Numbered from the stretch's first letter, positions 43,231 to 53,171 are shown. The stretch is DNA of 64,000 bases from an uncultured bacterium (GCA_963695335.1 OY968764.1:1120001-1184000), one strand, 5' to 3'. Program-made: numbers and translations. Notes: a model not told the origin generated them from the letters alone.

Positions 43231-44055
43231 TTATATTAATTTTGCAATATAACTGATCAACTCATACGGCAATAATGCAAAAATATTCTCAGAATCTTTT
43301 TGTGCAAAATAGAGAAGTAACACATTTTCTTTACCTCTCCATTGCATCAACAACTCTTTGTAATGATTAAAATCAGCCATCTCTTCCATAAACAATTCAA
43401 CATTATCATACGCCTTTGAATTATTTTTTATACATTCAAGAACAGCATTTACTGCAATTGAAATAACATCTTCTTTAAACATACGCGCATGCTCATAGTG
43501 AGAATCTGCACCCAACATTGGCAAAGCTATATTCTTAATCTCTTTTTCTTTTAATAATTCTATGCCTTTATTCAATACAGTGTTATAACAACGCAATAAA
43601 TCCTTACGACTCTCTTGAATCGCTAACTCTTTTGTATAACATTCACTATCTGCATACCAATATTGTGCAGCCCCACTAGAAAGGTTAAAAACTCGAGGCT
43701 CTGTAACAACTAAAAATTTTATATCTTCTCGAATTGGGAAATACCAATCATGTAATAGAAGTTTTTGATAATGAATACTATCTTTTTTTGGCCTAAACGT
43801 AACTGTTTGCTGCTCACAACAATATCCTAGCAGATTGCTTGCCATCGGAACCACACCAAGCTCTTCTTGTTTATATTGCCCCACGCAAATAACAACATCT
43901 TCTTTTTTTCTATCATCAGCATAATATTCCAATATATCCGCTTGATGCAGATTAATTTTGGTACCATATGCTGTAATACTCCACTTATTTTCTTTTTCCA
44001 TCGCATGCACAAATACAGTAAAAATGAATGCAACGATAAATATCTTTTTTTTCAT
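43231..44055 (-). CDS. Exported macrodomain-like protein, array member 4
   Basis: TKINLHQADI, NIALPMLG, NVELF; tail FALLPYELISYIAKLI. Confidence 0.75.
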   Translation of the reverse strand: MKKKIFIVAFIFTVFVHAMEKENKWSITAYGTKINLHQADILEYYADDRKKEDVVICVGQYKQEELGVVPMASNLLGYCCEQQTVTFRPKKDSIHYQKLLLHDWYFPIREDIKFLVVTEPRVFNLSSGAAQYWYADSECYTKELAIQESRKDLLRCYNTVLNKGIELLKEKEIKNIALPMLGADSHYEHARMFKEDVISIAVNAVLECIKNNSKAYDNVELFMEEMADFNHYKELLMQWRGKENVLLLYFAQKDSENIFALLPYELISYIAKLI

Positions 44056-44079
44056 AAAAACTCTGCAACCTTGGTAATG

Positions 44080-44910
44080 TTATATTAAATTTGCTATATA
44101 ACTGATCAACTCACACGGCAATGACGAAAGTAAATGTTCAGAATCTTTGTGCGCAAAATAAAAAAGTAACACATTTTTTTCTGTATTTATCCATTGTATC
44201 AACAACTTTTTATACAAATTAAAATCTGCATCTTCTTCCATGAACAACTGAATTGTATCATAAAAATTTGGTTTATTTTTTATATATGTAAGAATGGCAT
44301 CTACAGCAATTGGAACTGCTTTGTCTTCTGGAATCCCCCAAAGATCATACTCAGAATCCGCGCCTAACATTGGCAAAGCTATATTTTTACTCTTTTTTTC
44401 TTTCAACAATATTGTGGCGTGATCCAAAGCAGCATTATAACAAAATAATAAATCGTCACAGCTTTTGCGTATTGTCAATTTACCTATATGGAAGTTTTTA
44501 TCAAAACCCAAACTTTCAACACTTCTAAAGAAAGAAAATGTACATAGATGCGGCTCTGTAACACATAAAAAACAGATACCTTCTCGAGGGTGCAGTTGCC
44601 AACCTTCTGAATAAGCTCTTTGATAATTAAGGCTACCTTTTTTTGGTGTAAATCGAACTGTCCTCTGCACATAACAATCTCCTACTGAATTACTTTTACA
44701 TGGAATCGCGCCAAGCTCTTCTTGTTTATATTTCCCCACGCAAACAACAACATCTTCTTTTTTTCTATCATCAGCATAATATTCCAATATATCCGCTTGA
44801 TGCAGATTAATTTTGGTACCATATGCTGTAATACTCCACTTATTTTCTTTTTCCATCGCATGCACAAATACAGTAAAAATGAATGCAACGATAAATATCT
44901 TTTTTTTCAT
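44080..44910 (-). CDS. Exported macrodomain-like protein, array member 3
   Basis: First ~54 aa identical to member 4; NIALPMLG; tail LSSLPCELISYIANLI. Confidence 0.75.
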   Translation of the reverse strand: MKKKIFIVAFIFTVFVHAMEKENKWSITAYGTKINLHQADILEYYADDRKKEDVVVCVGKYKQEELGAIPCKSNSVGDCYVQRTVRFTPKKGSLNYQRAYSEGWQLHPREGICFLCVTEPHLCTFSFFRSVESLGFDKNFHIGKLTIRKSCDDLLFCYNAALDHATILLKEKKSKNIALPMLGADSEYDLWGIPEDKAVPIAVDAILTYIKNKPNFYDTIQLFMEEDADFNLYKKLLIQWINTEKNVLLFYFAHKDSEHLLSSLPCELISYIANLI

Positions 44911-44935
44911 AAAAACTCTGCAAACCTTGGTAATG

Positions 44936-45790
44936 TTATATTAAATTTGCTATATAACTGATCAACTCACACGGCAATGACGAAAGTAAATGTTCAGAAT
45001 CTTTTTGCGCAAAATAAAGAAGCAACACATTTTCTTTACCCCTCCATTGCATCAACAACTCTTTGTACAAATCAAATCCACAATTTTGTTCTACAAATAA
45101 CTCTATACAATTATACGCTCCTATATTGTTTTTTATAAATTCAAGAATGGATGCTGCCGCAATAGGTGCTGCTTTTTCTCGTGGAAAACCAACCTGATCA
45201 TGTGATACTAAATTAAGATCAGCACTTAATGCTAACAATCCTATACTTTTTTCCTCTTTATTTCCTAATCTTTCCAGTCCCTCTTTTAAAACAATTTCAT
45301 AACAGAAACTCAAATCTTTAGATGCCTCCTGAAGTGCCATATCTGCATAAAATTCCACTCTCTGAATACAATCTTCCTCAACCAATTTTCCTTTTTTTTC
45401 ATAACAATATCTTATTGTCTCGTCACTATATTGACCATTTATATATACAGAACAATGAGCAACCCATGGTTCTGCTATACTAAAAACATTACTCACAGTA
45501 CTGCTTAAGCTAAATAATTGTAATCCATCATCATCACGTGGCATGGGTGCTAAAAGTATATCATCCTCTCCCTTATCGTTTCGTCTCGATATGCTACAAA
45601 TGTTACGTGATCCTGCACTCTTATTATATCCCACAACCATTACATCAACATTCACTTGTCTTTTATCATATGAATCTTTCGTGAGATTAATTTTTGTACC
45701 ATATACTGTAATACTCCATTGATTTTCTTTTTCCATTGCATGCATCTGCATTGCAAAACATATCATCAACATCACAATGTTCTTTTTCAT
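44936..45790 (-). CDS. Exported macrodomain-like protein, array member 2
   Basis: AMEKENQWSIT, VDVMVV, SIGLLALS, GFPREKAAPIA, CIELF; tail identical to member 3. Confidence 0.75.
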   Translation of the reverse strand: MKKNIVMLMICFAMQMHAMEKENQWSITVYGTKINLTKDSYDKRQVNVDVMVVGYNKSAGSRNICSISRRNDKGEDDILLAPMPRDDDGLQLFSLSSTVSNVFSIAEPWVAHCSVYINGQYSDETIRYCYEKKGKLVEEDCIQRVEFYADMALQEASKDLSFCYEIVLKEGLERLGNKEEKSIGLLALSADLNLVSHDQVGFPREKAAPIAAASILEFIKNNIGAYNCIELFVEQNCGFDLYKELLMQWRGKENVLLLYFAQKDSEHLLSSLPCELISYIANLI

Positions 45791-45880
45791 CGCAAATCCT
45801 TTATATAAAAAAAGTGAGTTGCATGCCTTTTGAATACAAGGCACACAACCCACATAGTATACTGGAATAACAATTATTTT

Positions 45881-46558
45881 TCAGCAGCACTTTTTTTCTA
45901 AAAGTTCTTTGTATAATGCAAATTCAGACTGTTTTTCTACAAATAACTCTATACGATCATACGCATTCGGACTGTTTTTAATAAACTCCAAAATAGTAGT
46001 TATTGTACGTTGTGCAGCTTTACTCTCCAAATTATTACTGTCTGGAAAATGCGATTTATAAGACCCAACAGTTAAAGCTGGTAATGCTATGCTTCTTGCC
46101 ACCTTTTCATTTTTTTCTAGTATCGCTTTTGTAAAAACATCTGTATAACACAAATTTAAGTCTTTTAATGCTTCTCCAACCACTTCATCAACAGAATGAG
46201 AACCATCTCTGTTAAAAAGCTTTGCGTGATACAACTTATATCCAGGTGTATATCTTTCATAAAATACATCAAGACTAGTGCTTACACTAACGTAAGGCGC
46301 TTTAACTTCTACCAGTTTGTCTTTATTGATAAGCAAAAAACGATTACGTGCCAACTGATTAGGATCTGTTTCTTTTGGTTTTTCATATTTTTTCACAACG
46401 ATAACATCTGCCTTTTTGCCATCATTACTATCGAGTATATTCCCTTGATACAAATTAATTTTTGTATTACCAACGGTTATGCTCCAATTCTTTTCATTCT
46501 CCATGCCTTGTATACACGCTGCAGATAACATTATCGCAACCACCACCAATTTCTTCAT
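45881..46558 (-). CDS. Exported macrodomain-like protein, array member 1 (no C-terminal tail)
   Basis: GMENEKNWSIT, KINLYQGNIL, ADVIV, SIALPALTVG, RIELFV. Confidence 0.75.
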   Translation of the reverse strand: MKKLVVVAIMLSAACIQGMENEKNWSITVGNTKINLYQGNILDSNDGKKADVIVVKKYEKPKETDPNQLARNRFLLINKDKLVEVKAPYVSVSTSLDVFYERYTPGYKLYHAKLFNRDGSHSVDEVVGEALKDLNLCYTDVFTKAILEKNEKVARSIALPALTVGSYKSHFPDSNNLESKAAQRTITTILEFIKNSPNAYDRIELFVEKQSEFALYKELLEKKCC

Positions 46559-46580
46559 CCATCATCCTTTGAGGTTAAAG

Positions 46581-47141
46581 TGAAAAACAGGGGGCTTAAA
46601 AGCCCCCGCTTCGCTTTTTAAGATATATTCTACTGATTTCGGATGTATTCTCGTATGCGATCTTCGTTTACCTGACCACTTGTTTCTGCAAAATACCCAT
46701 CTGACCAAAAACTTTTACCCCACAAAAACTCTTTTAATTCTGGAAATTCTTCGCGCACAACTTTACTGGTCATTCCTTTAAACAATTGTACCATCCTGCT
46801 CACGCTTACATCTGGATTCATTTGAACTAACATATGAACATGATCTAATTGAATGTTTAGCTCTTCTATTTTCCATCTTTGCAAATCTGCGCATTCATAC
46901 AATAGATCTTTTATTCTTTCTGCTATCTCTCCTTTTAATACTCTCTTTCTATATTTTGGAATCCATACTAAATGATACATAAGTCTGTGCTTTGTTTGAG
47001 ATCCACACCAATATTTACCCATGTTTTTTAGTATGCCTAAAGAGCCGGCTCTTCGCAATTACTATAACTGCATTGCTCCATCGCCTCCATTTTGACTCGC
47101 ATTCATCCCTGGCTTTGAAAAGCCAGGGTTTTCTGCTCAAT
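46581..47141 (-). mobile_element. IS200/IS605-family element carrying tnpA only (ends approximate)
   Basis: Subterminal hairpins gggggct-taaa-agccccc (~46590-46607) and ccctggctt-tgaa-aagccaggg (~47107-47128); no tnpB. Confidence 0.75.
46630..47022 (-). CDS. tnpA: IS200-type HUH Y1 transposase
   Basis: YHLVWIPKYRK, DHVHML (HUH), KG, FWSDGYF, IREYIRNQ. Confidence 0.93.
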   Translation of the reverse strand: MGKYWCGSQTKHRLMYHLVWIPKYRKRVLKGEIAERIKDLLYECADLQRWKIEELNIQLDHVHMLVQMNPDVSVSRMVQLFKGMTSKVVREEFPELKEFLWGKSFWSDGYFAETSGQVNEDRIREYIRNQ

Positions 47142-47289
47142 TAAATAAACAATATACGCACTTTTTATACAATACATTGTAAGTATTGGCAAGCAATCTT
47201 TCGAATTTATATAAAAAAATGATACTCTTTAAAAAAGAACAATCGTATTCGTTTTCAATAATCAAAAAATTAATCTTTTTGAGGATATA

Positions 47290-47598
47290 ATGACTTTAAC
47301 ACATGATGGAATTGATGAAACTATAAAACAAAAAATTATAGCTATAATTTCAGCACTTGTGCCTGATGCAACAATTTATTTATTTGGATCACGCTCACGT
47401 GGCACTCAATCAAAATGGTCGGATATCGATATAGCACTTGATTCCGGACATCCTATCTCACGATTTGTTCTTGGTGAACTTATGAGCGTTTTTGAAGCAA
47501 CTGACATATTGTACAAAATCCAAGTTGTTGATATTAATTCTGTTAATGAAGCAATGAAAACATCAATTTTAAGAGATCGCGTATTATGGAAAAAATAA
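47290..47598 (+). CDS. Minimal nucleotidyltransferase (MntA-like antitoxin)
   Basis: YLFGSRSRG....SDIDIA (GSx10DxD). Confidence 0.88.
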   Translation: MTLTHDGIDETIKQKIIAIISALVPDATIYLFGSRSRGTQSKWSDIDIALDSGHPISRFVLGELMSVFEATDILYKIQVVDINSVNEAMKTSILRDRVLWKK

Positions 47599-48002
47599 GA
47601 GATCGTTACGACATTACCATACAAACATTATCAACATTAAAAGAAGTCTTAGATGAATATGATGCAGGCTTTCCAGAAAAATACATACTTATCTTTCATG
47701 ATTCAATAATTCAACGATTTGAATACTCAATAGATACTTTTTGGAAATTTTTAAAACTCTATCTTCAAGAACAGCTCAAAATAGCTCTGGAATCAAATGC
47801 TCCACGTGCAATCATCAGAGAAGCGGCTAATGCCAACCTTATATCAGAAGAAGAAGCCTCTATTTTACTGAAGTGTATTACAAGCCGTAATGAAACATCT
47901 CATACTTATAATGAATTTTTAGCAGAACAAGTAGTTAAGAGTGTCCCTGAATATTATAAAATTATGCACAAAATTATGAAAAACATACCCATCTCACAAT
48001 AA
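47586..48002 (+). CDS. HEPN-domain protein (HI0074/HepT-like)
   Basis: DSIIQRFEYS..FWK, PRAIIRE, RNETSHTY (Rx4H); overlaps the MNT gene. Confidence 0.88.
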   Translation: MEKIRDRYDITIQTLSTLKEVLDEYDAGFPEKYILIFHDSIIQRFEYSIDTFWKFLKLYLQEQLKIALESNAPRAIIREAANANLISEEEASILLKCITSRNETSHTYNEFLAEQVVKSVPEYYKIMHKIMKNIPISQ

Positions 48003-48016
48003 ATAAAGAGTATACC

Positions 48017-48598
48017 ATGGATTTTTTCACCCTCATTATTGCGTTACTCGCATATCTTATTGGCGCAATCCCAACTGGTTACCTCATTGCAAAACTGAAC
48101 GGCATTGCTGATATTCGCGCGCATGGATCTGGCAATATTGGTGCAACCAATGTTGCACGCTTTTTAGGCAAACATTATTTTTTTATTATTTTTTTTATTG
48201 ATGCAGGAAAAGCATTTTTATGCATGTATTTTTTGCAACCGTACTTTGATTACAATTATCTCTGCCTCTTTGCAGGCATACTTCTTTTTGGCAACGGATA
48301 TTCCATTTTTTTACATGGCAGCGGAGGCAAAGGAGTTGCAACATTGTGCGGATTACTTGCAAATTTATGCCCAGCAGCATGTTTACCACTGTTTGTCGTA
48401 TGGCTTTTAACAGTTTTTATCACAAAAACAGTTGGAATTGCTTCTGTAGCCGCAACTGCATGCTTACCAATATATGCATATACCACGCATAATCATCCGT
48501 TCTTTTTATTTTCACTGTTTGCTGCCACAATTATTATTTGGAAACACAAAATTAATATTACAAACTATTTTAATGAGAATAAACCGCGCTCGTCCTGA
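48017..48598 (+). CDS. plsY: Glycerol-3-phosphate acyltransferase PlsY
   Basis: AYLIGAIP, DIR.HGSGNIGATN, GGKGVAT, KH..NI. Confidence 0.92.
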   Translation: MDFFTLIIALLAYLIGAIPTGYLIAKLNGIADIRAHGSGNIGATNVARFLGKHYFFIIFFIDAGKAFLCMYFLQPYFDYNYLCLFAGILLFGNGYSIFLHGSGGKGVATLCGLLANLCPAACLPLFVVWLLTVFITKTVGIASVAATACLPIYAYTTHNHPFFLFSLFAATIIIWKHKINITNYFNENKPRSS

Positions 48599-48725
48599 AC
48601 TTGTTGAAGGATATCTTCGAGCGCTCTAAAATATTCTTTTTCCCCAGTTTTCGTTTCACTCTAAACCGGGGTCCCCGTCTGAAGGAACTGAAGATGGGGT
48701 TAAACAGGCTCAGAACGAGCGCGGG
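48584..48725. repeat. Family-1 REP doublet with nested family-3 element
   Basis: Second REP (minus) reads ctgagcctgt[ttaaccccatc...ggggacccc...ggggaaa]aagaatat; first REP supplies the plsY stop. Confidence 0.8.
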
Positions 48726-48840
48726 AGAAAATATATTGCTTAGTAAGAAACGTTACATTTTATCCTTTGTATTTAGCACACTTATCATTGCAACATGTAT
48801 AATACTCACAAAAAATTATTTATCTCTGAGGAAAAATACC

Positions 48841-50574
48841 ATGAAATTTATTGAAGTCGCGCAAAGTTTTAATGAGATCGAACCAATTGCAGCACGATTA
48901 GAAATCACACGCTTACTTGCTGAACTATTCAAAAAAGCATCCCCGCATGAAGCGGAAATTATTGCATCCCTTTCACTCGGACAACTGCATCCGCCACACA
49001 TTGGCACGCAATTTAATATTGCAGAAAAAAACTTACTCAAAGCAATTGCAGGATTTTTGCATATTCCAGAAGAAACTTTAAAAAAAGAAATGAAACTGGT
49101 TGGTGATATCGGCCTTGTGCTTAGCAAGCATACATGGCAGCACGATGCAGATCTTTCTGTTGAGGCTGTGTATCAGGCACTCTGTACGCTGGAAGAAATC
49201 AGTGGAACCGGGTCACAAGAAGAAAAAACAAATGTTCTTATTAATCTTTTACAACACCTCGATCCCCTTTCTGCTAAATTTGTTACGCGCATTATCATTG
49301 GCAAATTGCGCCTTGGTTTTTCTGATATGACTATTATTGATGCACTTTCTTGGATGGAACGTGGCGATAAATCATTACGTCAGGAACTTGAAAATGCATA
49401 TAATATGTGCGCTGATATTGGTTTAATCGCTAAAGCACTCAAAGAAGGTGGTGTTAACGCAATCACGCACATGAGTATTCAACTTGGTATACCAATCATT
49501 CCTGCTGCAGCGGAACGGCTGCCCACTGCACAAGCAATATTTGATAAATTAGGCCCCTGCATTGCGGAACCAAAACTCGATGGTTTTAGATTGCAAATAC
49601 ATTTTAATGCATCAACCAAGGAAATCCATTTCTTCTCACGCAACTTACAAGATATGTCAGCAATGTTTCCTGATCTGACCAAAGAAATACTCAAACTCAA
49701 TGTTCAAAATATCATCTGTGAAGGTGAAGCAATTGGCTATGATCCAGATACCGGCAACTTCCGGCCTTTCCAAGAAACAGTAAAACGTAAACGTAAACAT
49801 GGCGTAGAAGAAGCTGCAACTGAATTCCCACTACAACTCTTTTTGTTTGATCTGTTATATCTCAATAATAAAAGTTATTTGGATGTACCCTATAATCAAC
49901 GTCATCAAACATTACAAGATATCGTACAAGACGTACAATCACACCATCTTTTTGTTATTGAACATAAACAAATAGAAAGCGGAAATGCATTAGAACATTA
50001 TTTTTATTCAGAAGTAGCACACGGCCTTGAGGGGCTTGTTGTAAAACGTCCTGATGCAATCTATCAACCAGGTAAACGTAACTTCAATTGGATTAAACTA
50101 AAACGCCAAGAAGAAGGCCATCTGGAAGATACCATTGATTGTGTTGTGCTGGGTTATTACGCTGGAGAAGGTAAACGCGCTCATTTTGGCATCGGTGCAT
50201 TTTTGGTTGGCGTATACAATAAAACAGCTGATATGTTCCAAACCGTTGCAAAAATTGGTACTGGTATGACTGACGATGAATGGCGTGAACTTAAGAAAAA
50301 ATGTGATGCAATTGCAACAGAAGATAAACCAAAAAATGTTGAATGCGCTAAAGAATTAACGCCTGATGTGTGGGTAAATCCTACCATTGTTTGTAGAGTT
50401 CGCGCTGATGAAATTACTCTGTCGCCATTACACACTGCTGGCAAAACTGCAAACACACTTGGGTATGCATTGCGCTTTCCGCGATTTATGGATTATAGAA
50501 CTGATAAAAGTGCGGAAGAAGCTTCAACGGATTATGAAATTAAGCGATTGTACGAAGATCAATTTGTAAAATAA
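48841..50574 (+). CDS. ATP-dependent DNA ligase (archaeal/eukaryal type with N-terminal DNA-binding domain)
   Basis: EPKLDGFR, FSRN, EGE, FDLLY, EGLVVK, WIKLK, LRFPRF; start MKFIEVA after gagga RBS. Confidence 0.93.
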   Translation: MKFIEVAQSFNEIEPIAARLEITRLLAELFKKASPHEAEIIASLSLGQLHPPHIGTQFNIAEKNLLKAIAGFLHIPEETLKKEMKLVGDIGLVLSKHTWQHDADLSVEAVYQALCTLEEISGTGSQEEKTNVLINLLQHLDPLSAKFVTRIIIGKLRLGFSDMTIIDALSWMERGDKSLRQELENAYNMCADIGLIAKALKEGGVNAITHMSIQLGIPIIPAAAERLPTAQAIFDKLGPCIAEPKLDGFRLQIHFNASTKEIHFFSRNLQDMSAMFPDLTKEILKLNVQNIICEGEAIGYDPDTGNFRPFQETVKRKRKHGVEEAATEFPLQLFLFDLLYLNNKSYLDVPYNQRHQTLQDIVQDVQSHHLFVIEHKQIESGNALEHYFYSEVAHGLEGLVVKRPDAIYQPGKRNFNWIKLKRQEEGHLEDTIDCVVLGYYAGEGKRAHFGIGAFLVGVYNKTADMFQTVAKIGTGMTDDEWRELKKKCDAIATEDKPKNVECAKELTPDVWVNPTIVCRVRADEITLSPLHTAGKTANTLGYALRFPRFMDYRTDKSAEEASTDYEIKRLYEDQFVK

Positions 50575-50578
50575 AAAC

Positions 50579-50598
50579 ACCCCGCCTTGCAGCGGGGT
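50579..50598. terminator. Bidirectional intrinsic terminator
   Basis: accccgc-cttgca-gcggggt with A/T flanks. Confidence 0.7.
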
Positions 50599-50625
50599 TA
50601 TTTTTAAATCTAAAACAAAATCGTA

Positions 50626-51633
50626 TTATGCTTCTTGTTGCAAATATTTCTGTGCTGCTGCAATACGCGCCTCAGGACTTGGATGCGCACCTAAGAAAGT
50701 ATTATGATAAATATATCTACGTGCCTTATCAATATTATGACCAAATTTTTCTAAATAATAACGAGGCATTAAATCAAAATAATAATCCGAAAATGTAAGA
50801 TCTACTTTATTTTGTTGTAATAGATTATGAATAGCTACAAACTCTTCTTCTCGTAATTGTTCTTTTCCTAAAATAAATTCAAAGAATTCAACAATTCCTT
50901 CGCTTTTACCATTATCACATGCAAATGCATCTGCTTCTTTTTCAAACTGTTTATTAATAACCAATGGAGGTAACAATAAACATCCTTGCAGCACTGCCAC
51001 TTTCTTTGCTATAAGACCACCTAATTTCAAAAATTTCTCTGCTTCTGTCTCAGAAGAATATACACGCACGCTTTCAAGATCCAATGCTTTACACAATAAA
51101 CGATAAAGAAGATAACTCATAGCCATTAAACCAAGGATTTTATTCACATGATTATGTTTAATATGACCAATTTCATGCGCAACAATCGCTTCCAAAGCTT
51201 CATCTGAAACTTCATGCATTAATTTTTGACCAATAATAATACCACCAGTACTAGCAAATAATTTTTGAGCAAAAGCATTAAAAAAACCATCGTGACGAGT
51301 TACAAAAATAGTAGGCGTTGCAATATCAGCCTTTTTACAAATACCGTCTACATATTCATAAAGTTTTGGTAAAGTATCTGGGGTAACAAGAATAACATCC
51401 AGACCAAGAAAACCCGATCTTACAAATCTTTGGAAAGATGTTAAGTTTTTATAAATAGTTATATCGCTTTGAATTCTAGCCAATCCAGAATGAGCATATT
51501 CATCAAACATTTCTTTAGTAGCCGGAGCTTTTTTATAAGCTTTCAACTCACTGTAATACACACCATGATTACCCGCAGATACCATCACATGCGATATAAT
51601 CAGCAAACCAGATAATATTTTCGACAAATTCAT
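50626..51633 (-). CDS. M48-family zinc metallopeptidase
   Basis: NAFA, AHEIGH, EKEAD, HPSPEARI. Confidence 0.88.
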   Translation of the reverse strand: MNLSKILSGLLIISHVMVSAGNHGVYYSELKAYKKAPATKEMFDEYAHSGLARIQSDITIYKNLTSFQRFVRSGFLGLDVILVTPDTLPKLYEYVDGICKKADIATPTIFVTRHDGFFNAFAQKLFASTGGIIIGQKLMHEVSDEALEAIVAHEIGHIKHNHVNKILGLMAMSYLLYRLLCKALDLESVRVYSSETEAEKFLKLGGLIAKKVAVLQGCLLLPPLVINKQFEKEADAFACDNGKSEGIVEFFEFILGKEQLREEEFVAIHNLLQQNKVDLTFSDYYFDLMPRYYLEKFGHNIDKARRYIYHNTFLGAHPSPEARIAAAQKYLQQEA

Positions 51634-51762
51634 GCAAACCCCTTACATATGGTTAAAAACGCAGACTAATACTCTATTAAAATCTTACCAGATATTTTAA
51701 CTTTGGTCAAAAAAAGGGCCTTTTTAAGGCCCCTTTCTTCTATTCTTTTTAACAACACATTA

Positions 51763-52278
51763 CTACTTTTTTTCCGGTATAGTCTTTGTAATAATCGCAA
51801 TAGATCGTACATAATCATGATCAATCTGCTCTTGAGCCGCTTGGACATTAGCAAATTTAATAATCACGCTGCCCTGCAGCAAAGCCTTGATATCTTCTAT
51901 GCTCTGCGCATCAGGGTAATGTTCCTGCAAATACTGAATCATCTCATCATCCGTTTTGCCCACCACATCATACCCAAAACGGTCATAAAAATACTTTTTT
52001 AATAACGCAGAGACAGTGACATAAAATTCTTTACCATACAAAACATCAACTTTATGCTCTTGTTTGAGTTGATTCAAATCTGCAAGTGCTTGATCCCACA
52101 ACGGTAATTTTTTTCTTTTGCGATATTGCATGTATTTTCTAATCACAAGTGCAACAACTAATAACATCACAGAAATTGCGATAATTTTTACCGCTAATTG
52201 GAACTTTTCGGTTTGCCAGATTGGTACGTGCCACAAACCATAATTTTCATATAAACCAGTCTTTTCATTTAACTTCAT
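51763..52278 (-). CDS. BatD/DUF4381-like membrane protein of MoxR-VWA loci
   Basis: One TM, QALADL, FY..VS.LLK.Y, KTDDEM, IIKFA; close to the DUF58 gene. Confidence 0.6.
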   Translation of the reverse strand: MKLNEKTGLYENYGLWHVPIWQTEKFQLAVKIIAISVMLLVVALVIRKYMQYRKRKKLPLWDQALADLNQLKQEHKVDVLYGKEFYVTVSALLKKYFYDRFGYDVVGKTDDEMIQYLQEHYPDAQSIEDIKALLQGSVIIKFANVQAAQEQIDHDYVRSIAIITKTIPEKK

Positions 52279-52321
52279 ATATTTTCTTTAATACATTACC
52301 TAAGTCAAATCCAGGGGTTCT

Positions 52322-52831
52322 TTATGCCTTTTTAAATTCATTATTCGCTTTATTCATCAACCCCAAAAGCCAATCACATGGAATAGCAATATTTTTTCTA
52401 TGATCAAACAATATAAGTTCTAATCCATGTTTTCCAGGCTTTATAACACCAATATCTTCACCATTACAAAGAAGCTCTATCACTAATTTAGAATCATTAT
52501 GAGGATCGTTTATAAAATCAGCTGTCCATTGTAATGTGCTATTATTCTCTATATATTCTAAGTTTTCTATTTTATTTGTTGGAATTTCTTTATCTAATGG
52601 AGCCCTTACAAGATCAAGATATTCTGCAAATATAGCACCCATTTTTTTATAATTTTCACGAGCTTCAGTCAAACTAATACCATTTGCACCACCCTTATAA
52701 TCAGGATCATTTCTCTGGATATTATCATCTTCCCAGTAACATACTGGGCATATGTCAAAAGATCCTGGTTTATCATCTAAAGTAAGATAACCACAGCATG
52801 GGCAACTATATTTAACTTTTGTTTTATTCAT
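52322..52831 (-). CDS. CPCC cysteine-rich immunity-type protein with extra C-terminal domain
   Basis: YSCPCCGYLTL..FDICPVCYWEDD..GGAN.ISL.EARENY. Confidence 0.85.
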   Translation of the reverse strand: MNKTKVKYSCPCCGYLTLDDKPGSFDICPVCYWEDDNIQRNDPDYKGGANGISLTEARENYKKMGAIFAEYLDLVRAPLDKEIPTNKIENLEYIENNSTLQWTADFINDPHNDSKLVIELLCNGEDIGVIKPGKHGLELILFDHRKNIAIPCDWLLGLMNKANNEFKKA

Positions 52832-52838
52832 ATATTTT

Positions 52839-53171
52839 TTATGGTTTATATTTTTTAACCTGTTCTATCCAATAATTTATACCTTCAGTAGGCCGAAATA
52901 ACGTTTCTATAACTCCATCTGATTTTGCTATGGCCAATTCATTGGTTGCTTTATTATATCTAAATACCCAACCCTCTTTTGAAATAAATCCTTCAATATA
53001 ATGATTAACTTCACTATTTAAAAGAATTCTAGCTCTATCAAGATATTCAGCCATAGACATGGATATATTTCCCCATTCAGCTTTTTTAAGAACATGTTTA
53101 TTAAAATGTGTTTCTAATTTTCCTGGTGCAAAATTATTTGCTTTCCAATTACACAATGTGTATATCGCCAT
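52839..53171 (-). CDS. Stand-alone polymorphic-toxin-like nuclease domain
   Basis: L..HF.KH...EW....EY...A...RYN..TNE......G.I.T.F.P..G..YW pattern; directly upstream of the CPCC gene. Confidence 0.65.
   Translation of the reverse strand: MAIYTLCNWKANNFAPGKLETHFNKHVLKKAEWGNISMSMAEYLDRARILLNSEVNHYIEGFISKEGWVFRYNKATNELAIAKSDGVIETLFRPTEGINYWIEQVKKYKP

Noticed and set aside
42246..46558. Diversity-generating retroelement behind the array
   Set aside because: No reverse transcriptase in the window, and differences are block-wise rather than adenine-specific.
46581..47141. IS200 TnpA as the RAYT mobilising the palindromes
   Set aside because: It has ordinary IS200-type motifs and its own unrelated end hairpins; no repeat-family copy flanks it.
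48601..48840. 80-aa N-terminal extension of the ligase, and ORFs 6627-6827, 21215-21430, 63427-63651, 4308-4529
   Set aside because: They read through palindromic repeats or a tRNA (ILRQAQDER-type translations); better RBS-linked starts exist or there is no coding signal.
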